NCBI GenBank assembly: GCA_020891255.1
Contig: BQFW01000007.1
Span: forward strand, 2,232,001 to 2,296,000
Origin: Entomortierella parvispora E1425
Taxonomy: Eukaryota; Fungi; Mortierellomycota
Reading direction: 5' to 3'
DNA: 64,000 nt
The notes below the pieces were generated by a model. That model was not told the DNA's origin. It saw nothing but the letters and a program-made list of their open reading frames with translations, and did no database searches. Made by a program: the position numbers and the translations under genes. Positions 56,996-64,000 of this stretch are shown in pieces. Each line of letters starts with the position of its first letter. Position 1 is the stretch's first letter.

Positions 56996-58693
56996 CTAGA
57001 GGTCCGACTCGATCTTGATTTTGGGCGATTTTGCCACCAACGGAGGCACTGAACCAGGATGCTTGGCGCGTTTGTGCCGCAGTAGGTCGTGCTGCCGTGT
57101 AAACTTCCAATGACACTCGTCGCATGGGAACGGGCGTGCGGTCGTGTGGGTCATGATGTGCGATCGCAAGTTGAAGGGCCGTGTGAACCGTCTCTGACAC
57201 ACTGGACAGACGTGGTTGTCTGTGATCTCGGGCACCATCTCGGGGTCGAGCAAGTGTTGAAGGTTCTGTTGCTGCATGTAGATCTGTGAACGCTGTTGTT
57301 GCTGTTGCTGTTGCTGTGGATAGGCGTAGGGTGATGGGTGAGAATGAGCCAGTGAAAAGGCAGAGGACGATGATGATAACGAATAAGAATAGTGTCGAGA
57401 GTGCTGTGGGAAGGAAGGGTGGTGACCAGCACCAAAGACAGACATGGAGTGTGACGAAGAAGGTGCGGAGGAAGAAGAGACGGAAGAAGAAGAAGAAGAA
57501 AACGCCGGGGAAGGAAAGGTAGGATAGGATGGCGCAGCTCCTGGACTAGAACGCCGTCGGTCGTGCCGCATGGTAGACCTTGACTGCTGTGCGACCTTGG
57601 ATACGGAGGCTGAGTCAGCCAGTGGCAAAGCCGGCGATGATGGGGAAGACGACAAGGACGAGGACGGCAGTGGATCTCTGTGGAACGGGGACGAGTACGG
57701 TGCAGAGTGACCCAGTGGAAATGTCGCGGCCGAGGTGAGGACCATCGACTTTGGTCGAGACCGCACGGCCGTTCGCAATGAGGGGGACGATGCCGACATG
57801 TGCAATGGGAACGAGGTAGATGCTTGACCAGACCAGTATTCGTCCTCGGAGAGGTAACCACGAAGTGACTGAGCATGGTCGTATCCCTGATCAAGATCCT
57901 CGTCGAAGAACGCGTAGGGATATCCCTCGGGCGAAGCTTCCGCAGTAGTGGTGGTCGTAGTGCTGTGCGACGCCGCAGCCCTGTCGATCGTAGACAGCTC
58001 GGGCGATTCTTGTTCACTCTTGATTGGCAACTCAGACCCAGAGAACAGGGGCATCTGGCTTGTCTGGTCTTGACTCGACGAGTGGTTGAACAGAGTCGAG
58101 TCTTGCTGCAGGGATTGCTCACAGAGGTGAAGCTGGTCGGCCAAAGAGGTAGACGCGGTTGGTGACATTGTGGTCTCGGATGGATGCAGGATGACTGAGA
58201 CCGGGGTACCTTGCAGGAAAGAGCAACCCAATGGAGAGGTGGGGGGAGTACCCAGACCGATCTGAGCCATTTGATCTTGAAGTTGTTGTTGATTTTGTTG
58301 TTGTTGTTGTTGCTGTTGCTGTAATGTTTGTTGCTGTTGTTGTTGATGATGAAACTGATTATGATTATGATGATTTTGCTGTTGTTGTTGTTGCTGGTGC
58401 TGGTGCTGGTACTGGTGCTGGAGCTGTTGGATCCTTTGGAGTTGCTGTAGTTGGAATTGCTGGTGATAATTTTGCTGCATCAATAACATGTCATGCTCAC
58501 TGGGCAGTGACTGCGAATGACCAAACTCCATCAGGGCGGCCGTCGTCAAACGAATCGCCTCTTCAGACGAGGTAGTGGTTGCAGTCACTGGCGAAAGAGT
58601 CGACAACGACGCAATGGCGTTGCTGGGCGTCGAAGCAGATGAAGACAGGCCACTTGGGAATATCGTGGGCATCGGCACGTCAAAGAGCTCCAT
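56996..58693 (-). CDS. C2H2 zinc-finger transcription factor, Crz1/CrzA-type finger pair; start uncertain
   Basis: CPVCQRRFTRPFNLRSHIMTH-TTARPF-PCDECHWKFTRQHDLLRHKRAKH closely follows the Crz1-family fingers (RFTRxYNLRSH, FxRQHDxxRH). Poly-Q and Ser-rich regions are present. Orthology to CRZ1 is not established. Confidence 0.85.
   Translation of the reverse strand: MELFDVPMPTIFPSGLSSSASTPSNAIASLSTLSPVTATTTSSEEAIRLTTAALMEFGHSQSLPSEHDMLLMQQNYHQQFQLQQLQRIQQLQHQYQHQHQQQQQQQNHHNHNQFHHQQQQQQTLQQQQQQQQQNQQQLQDQMAQIGLGTPPTSPLGCSFLQGTPVSVILHPSETTMSPTASTSLADQLHLCEQSLQQDSTLFNHSSSQDQTSQMPLFSGSELPIKSEQESPELSTIDRAAASHSTTTTTTAEASPEGYPYAFFDEDLDQGYDHAQSLRGYLSEDEYWSGQASTSFPLHMSASSPSLRTAVRSRPKSMVLTSAATFPLGHSAPYSSPFHRDPLPSSSLSSSPSSPALPLADSASVSKVAQQSRSTMRHDRRRSSPGAAPSYPTFPSPAFSSSSSSVSSSSAPSSSHSMSVFGAGHHPSFPQHSRHYSYSLSSSSSAFSLAHSHPSPYAYPQQQQQQQQRSQIYMQQQNLQHLLDPEMVPEITDNHVCPVCQRRFTRPFNLRSHIMTHTTARPFPCDECHWKFTRQHDLLRHKRAKHPGSVPPLVAKSPKIKIESDL
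58280..58470 (-). repeat. CAA/CAG/CAT-rich coding microsatellite (poly-Q/H)
   Basis: Runs of ttg/ctg/atg on the + strand encode QQQ/HHH tracts in the C2H2 factor. Confidence 0.9.
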
Positions 58694-58999
58694 ATCTGCG
58701 ACGGACTCTGGGTATACAAAGGGTGAGGAGGTGCAAGACGAGACTCTGCTGGAAGCCGCGGTCGAGTTGGAGCACGATGCACTGGGAGAGCAAGTGGGCA
58801 GGGGTGCAAATTCGGGGTTAAGACCGATTGAAGGAGCGGTGGAATTGCAATTTGTTGTGGAGGTGGAAGAGGAGGAAGAAGATAAAGATGGCAGAGGTGA
58901 CGGTGATAAATACCTGCAGACAAGAACAATGGTGGCGATTGGAGGTAAAGGAGAAGATGAACGGTGGTTAGTTGCTGTTGGAGCTGCATTTCAATTCAG

Positions 59000-61900
59000 G
59001 TCGTAACGTTGGCAAGGAGAAGGGGTGTGTGTGGGGGGCATGTCTATTGCGCAGGAGGCATTTGGTGTCTGTAAAGCTCAACCGGCCACTTATCCGCAGC
59101 TGCCAGTCAATATCCGCAATTCGTCCCTTATACTACCTACCCCTGCTCAATAGGTCGTCGGGTTGGGCACAGCACATGGGCCACTGACCCAGGAAGGCAC
59201 CTCCGGAGTGTCCTCATCCCCAATCCCGCAGCTGAAGATCCTCGTCCTGCCTTCTCAATCTTCCGATCTTCATCCCCTGGTACTCAAAATTGGTGGCAAC
59301 ACAAAGCGATCCAGTTCAAAAAAAAACACAGCACCAGGTTGGGCTGAAGACCCTCCTCTTGGCATCTATCTTTTTTAAAATTGTGGGGAACATCCTTTCT
59401 CGATGCAATAGATCATCGCAGTCGTGAAGGAGTGTCAGGCAGACACGGAGCTCTTTGCGCGCGAACAGCCCCGAACAAAAAAAAAGTGAGGGTGGGAAAG
59501 AGAAGCAGAAGAGAAAAACGCCTCGCCTTCTTTGCGGTCGGGGTTGGGGGGCTCAGCACTACTCAGCCCGGTCCAACACGTAAAATAAAAACAGCATGCT
59601 GGAAACAATTATCCGCCCGCAGCTTTACCCAACGTTGGCATGAGGCTATGTAAAAGTGATCGGCCGTGGAGAGAAGGAATGGACTGCCGCCAACACGGGA
59701 AGGAATGGTGAAGAGGGGATTACTTACATTCTGCACTATGAGGGAGAGAGCAGCACGTTCGAGGGGAGGGACAAAGAGTGTTGGCGAAAGAGTGTAGGTG
59801 TCAGTTTGAATAGGAGGTGCAGGGACCAAGGACGGCCAGGTAAGTTGTGCAAGGGTATAGGAAGTTGAGCGCTTGTGAGTGCCGTGGCAGGATAAGAGGG
59901 TTAAGGTGAAGAGTGAACAGACGGATGAGCAGAGTGGAGAAAAGAAAAGAGTTTCGACGCGGCCAAGAAGTCGACGGCGATGGGTTTTTATATCTTTTTT
60001 GCGCGGGTGCTGATTTGAGGCCCTGCCACGCCTTGTCCCTGTCATCTCGAGTCAGTTACTCAATTGGACTCATTGAAGTCATTCATTCTGTACTCCCTTT
60101 TTTTACTCAATGGTGCTCTTTTGAATTCTCCTTCCCTTCCTGTCATTCTTTCCATGTTTGTTGATAATTCTTATAATTAGGACAGTCGTGGATGATGTCC
60201 GATCAAACAACAGAGTACATCGCCATGCGCGGCGTCCCTCTCTCCGCTCCTTCCTCGCCTGCCCTCTCCCTTCCGTGGGTCCACCTTGCTTTCGTTGCCA
60301 AATGCAGAATCCGTTCTTTTACCTGCTCAATGTTTATACCTAATAAGATTCCCCTTACTAACTCACTCACACCCTGTAACAAGAAAAAAAAACAAAAACT
60401 GCCAAGCAAAATAGACATGTTACTCTTACGATTCGGACTGGCACATTAAATATCCGACTGGCTGGCAGGTCTTGGCTCCAAGCAATTGCTCTTGTTGCTG
60501 TTCTGGTACCAAAGGCTGTCTGTCTGAACGGCTAGAAACGTCGCACCTGAGGAATTAACAAAGCCATGGCCCACCTTTTGCCGCGGTGATTTCGTTGTTC
60601 CTGTGCAGCAAATAAAAGGGCCGGACGGGATGGAAGAACTATACAAGCGCACGAGACGCGAGCGAAATCTTCAGTTGTAACTCAATGGCTCAAATAAAAA
60701 AAGAGAAAGTGACAAGACAGCAGGACAAGGGGGATGGGCGAAAGGACAAGAGAGCTGTGGTCATACGTCTTCATCGTCATCCACCCCTCCTCCACAACAA
60801 CAATAACGACAATGATGGACACGATCAGCCACCTTCCGGCTCTTTGATCGGCTCGATCTCTTCGCATGTCCCAGGATGGAGCGCAAGTCGAGCGAACAAG
60901 GCGTTTTTGCTCCGTTTCTCTCCCCGCCAGCGGCAGTCAACGTGCCCCCGCTCACATTCAATTCTGTGATTTGCCTTTTATGGGACAATTGCGTCTCGGA
61001 CAAGGCTGAAAAAAGACCTCTTTCCGAGAGTCTCCCCCACCATCCCCTTCCCATCGTTTACACTCTCCACGACCGAGCAGGCACCGGCGGTTATGTTCCA
61101 AGGTAATAAATCGCTCACGTTTTTTCACATCAGCGAGGTCCCGCCCTCGCTACTCCATCCTTTTCATTGAGTTTATCCAGCCGGACGCTGCAGCGACCGA
61201 GTCGAGGGCTGTCCAGCGAATTAACTCTGTTGGGTCAGCGTGTGCTGTGTTGGAGCGAGTGAATACAAAAATGTTGAGACCCGAGAAAATCACCATTTCC
61301 AGTTGGCGCGCGTCGCTTGCGTGTGCCCAGAGTTGTTTTTTTCTTTTTCTTTCTTTGCTGGTCTTTATCGGTGACGGTTGGGGGCAGGCCACGTAGCTAA
61401 TTCTCATTTTTAGAGCTCTCCCTCTTGCTACTTTTTTCCTCGTCCTTCTTTCTTATTCCTGCCAAGCACGACGCGTCCTGACCGTCTGATCAACTCTTAC
61501 TCTCCTGTTCCCCTCCCCTCACAGCCCTAATAAAAAGGCTCAAATAAATTCTTTATTTTTTTTTTTCATTGTTCGATCGCCAATTGCATCTGCTTCCAAA
61601 AAGAACTTTGTGTCGTTTGACGTGTCCCCTTTCCTGTCGTCTAATTGCACGAAAGCTCCTGATCTCCTTTTAGGGAAGCGAATTCCTAAAGTCGACAAAT
61701 AAGAAGGAAAATAAAATAACAATCATAAGGGTGTGCTCTTCAAGGAGAAGAGCCAAAGACTGCCCTGGCTGACGTTTCTTCAGCATCCTTGGAACTCTTT
61801 GTGGCGTGTGCTTGGCTGTTTGTGTTGCTCTGTCATTTTTTTGTCGACAACAACGCGTTCCTGTCCTGGAAACAAAGTGAGGAAAAAAAAAAAGCTTGGC

Positions 61901-64000
61901 CACACAGCCTCGAACAGGCTCGCTCTGACCTGCACGATTTTAGAAGGAGGTTTAGAAATGAAGGACTTGGCATGGGACAATGCGTGTGAAGAAAAGCCCT
62001 TTGTTGATTGCATTTATTTTTAAAAAAGGTAAAAACGAAAAGGAAGCACAACTTAAGAGGCGGACCGTTGGACCATGAAGTGTGCGCTGTTAGCATGGTG
62101 AGGCTCAATTGAGGAGAATTCAAGATCAACCATTCTATTAATAAGCAAAAGACCAGGAACCTTTAAAGGTCCAGAAGGATCTTCCCCTCCTCCTTACATC
62201 GTCGCCCCACCACAGCGGCTCACTTAAAATTCAAGGCTCAGTCTTGGTCAGAAGAAGAAACCTGTCTTCTGTTTCGTTGCCAAGAATCTGACAAACCCCA
62301 CAGCCACGTTTTTTTTATTGTGATCAAGGACTAATGGCTGTAGTGATGTAGTCTCACTCCCCCCCCCCCCCTCCGATCATCTAATGACGATCTAAAAGAC
62401 CGTTGTTATTCAAAGTCGAAAAGAGTCGAAAATGCCAGAGGTACCTTCGGAAAGGACTTTTTTCGACAACCCCCTCACAAAAGTGATCTTGTGTTTACGT
62501 TACGTTGATCTCGGTGTTTGTTTGGGCGACCATTGTTGTCGACTTTTGGAAGTCCACGACTGCTAAGCGCTTCGCAAATTAAGCGACAACAAAAAAAAGA
62601 AGCCGATCGTTACCGACAATGGTAAGACGATCATGAACGAAACAGGAAATACCTTTAGCAATTTGCTCGTGCTGCAGACCCGTGGGCGGAGCACATTTCC
62701 TGTATTTTCCTGCTCTTGCCTCCCGAACATCAGGTCCGCTCAATTGCGATCAACTGATTCAGGGGAAAGGAGAAAGGTGGCTGTTCAAACTGCCGCACGG
62801 CTTCGCAACTGGCCCAAAGGAAATTATTTGCAAGATACCGGAAAGTCGAAACAATCGGCCGCACAATCCTGCTTTTTTTCTTTTCCACAACTGGATCGCT
62901 CTCGATTTCCTGTTCCTCCTAATCATCTTTTTACATTTCCTCGGTCAATGCTTGGCAATGAGATGCAGCCTAGAATTGTTTATGTACCTACATGCACCAT
63001 TCCTTTGGCACACAGACCTCTTCTTGTCCAGTGGGTTTGATATCAATTTTTCTTGGCTGCAGGTCCGATGAGGACTGATTTCACATTCCTTGTGCTGGTG
63101 TGTGGATCCCCCTCATCGTTTCGTGGAGGACCGTTCGGTGTGTTGCTCCAACCGTTCTTGCTTCAATTCTCCGCCTCTGCACTGTGACGCACCATCACAC
63201 GCCCCACGTATCCCCCACAAACACAAACAACCCCATTCTAGCAAGTAAATAAAACATCAAAAGAACCATGAGCGAAAGTTATCTTTTTAGAAGAGATTTC
63301 GTGCTACGCTGCAAAGAGTCGGATGAAAAGGTTCTTCCTGCGGATTCGGCATGGCAACCACACAATAACAAAGAGGGGAGCAAGCAAAAACAAACATCGA
63401 CGCCCAATTTTCTTTTTGAGAACCCCAGGGTGCCTTTCCTTCTGGCTCAATTCTCTCGTTTACTTTTAACCTTTGGGGCTCAGTCCAGGATTACCAACGC
63501 GTCTTTTTTTTTTTTTTTTTTATTTTATTTTGCGCATGCTGTCCCCCTTGCCTTCGGCATTGCCCACTGCCAACCGGCAAAGAAAAGTGAAGACAGAGAG
63601 GAAAAGAATAGACGAACTGCATCATGGTGGTCGGCTGTTGATCTCGTGCTGGTTCTTCTAAAAAAAACCCCCCTTGCCCCCTCTTTCATCTCGACAACTT
63701 CAGATTTCGATGAATTACAAATTAGAAATCCTTTTACTGCCGAGGATGAATAAAGTACGATAAACTAAAGAGAGGCTGGACCACAGTCGACGCCGTCCTT
63801 CTTCATCATGGGCCAAGTTTCTCCAGTTCGTTCTCCTGCTTGGATGGTCATGGCACCATAAACCTTAAAAAGCTTATTTTTCCAGAGGCGAGAAAGACGA
63901 GAACACCGGAAGAAAAAAAAAGCATACACGCCGCACTTTTTTTTTCTCATTCCGGACAAATACACTGCCACAGATCAAGCTATCCCGATGGATGGTTCCA
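59000..64000. other. Long apparently non-coding region upstream of the C2H2 factor
   Basis: Only short, low-complexity or poly(A/T)-driven ORFs. No recognisable domain, tRNA or transposon ends. Confidence 0.6.
61901..62307. promoter_or_regulatory. Cluster of CDRE-like (Crz1-binding) motifs
   Basis: GAGGCTGTG (- strand, 61901-61909), GAGGCTCA (62100), GCGGCTCA (62215), GTGGCTGTG (- strand, 62299-62307). Confidence 0.3.

Noticed and set aside
14858-58122. Numerous antisense or alternative-frame ORFs inside the large genes (e.g. 46490-47107, 52978-53691, 57151-58122)
   Set aside because: These are shadow ORFs expected opposite GC-rich, low-complexity coding sequence, with no independent motifs.
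56996-58693. Assigning the symbol CRZ1
   Set aside because: The fingers are Crz1-like, but there is no clear PxIxIT motif (only a weak PVSVIL) and paralogous families exist, so the gene is left unnamed.
1-64000. tRNA, rRNA, CRISPR array, TPP riboswitch, LTR/TIR transposon
   Set aside because: No cloverleaf or complete A/B boxes, no rRNA signature, no regularly spaced repeats, no riboswitch core and no transposase/RT motifs were seen by eye. A covariance-model scan would be needed to exclude small RNAs.

Overview
Gene-dense, intron-containing fungal genomic DNA. Spliceosomal introns are mostly 80-160 bp with gtaag/gtatg donors and CTAAC/CTGAC-type branch points, and there are many poly(A/T) tracts and Ser/Gln-rich proteins. 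I infer an early-diverging fungus, most likely Mortierellaceae/Mucoromycota. Manual splicing of the ORF track gives 14 protein-coding genes, left to right: (1-2) two tandem, apparently intact copies of an unusual Ser/Thr kinase-FHA-FHA gene; (3) a single-exon CAMK-group kinase; (4) a transcription factor with two Zn(II)2Cys6 clusters; (5) NDUFB7; (6) a protein with about 9 Myb/SANT repeats behind a mitochondrial-presequence-like N-terminus; (7) IMP2; (8) a tectonin-type beta-propeller protein ending in a CaaX box; (9) an HSL-family alpha/beta hydrolase; (10) an ankyrin-DysF-MIT-FYVE-RING (Pib1-like) protein; (11) a ~2,900-aa UNC80-like protein; (12) a ~2,300-aa protein with three START domains, each followed by an unnamed beta-rich module, and a C-terminal TM helix; (13) a Cys-rich GPI-anchor candidate; (14) a Crz1-type C2H2 factor. 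The last ~5 kb has no convincing gene. I found no rRNA, tRNA, CRISPR array or recognisable intact transposon. All family assignments come from motif reading and recall, not database searches.
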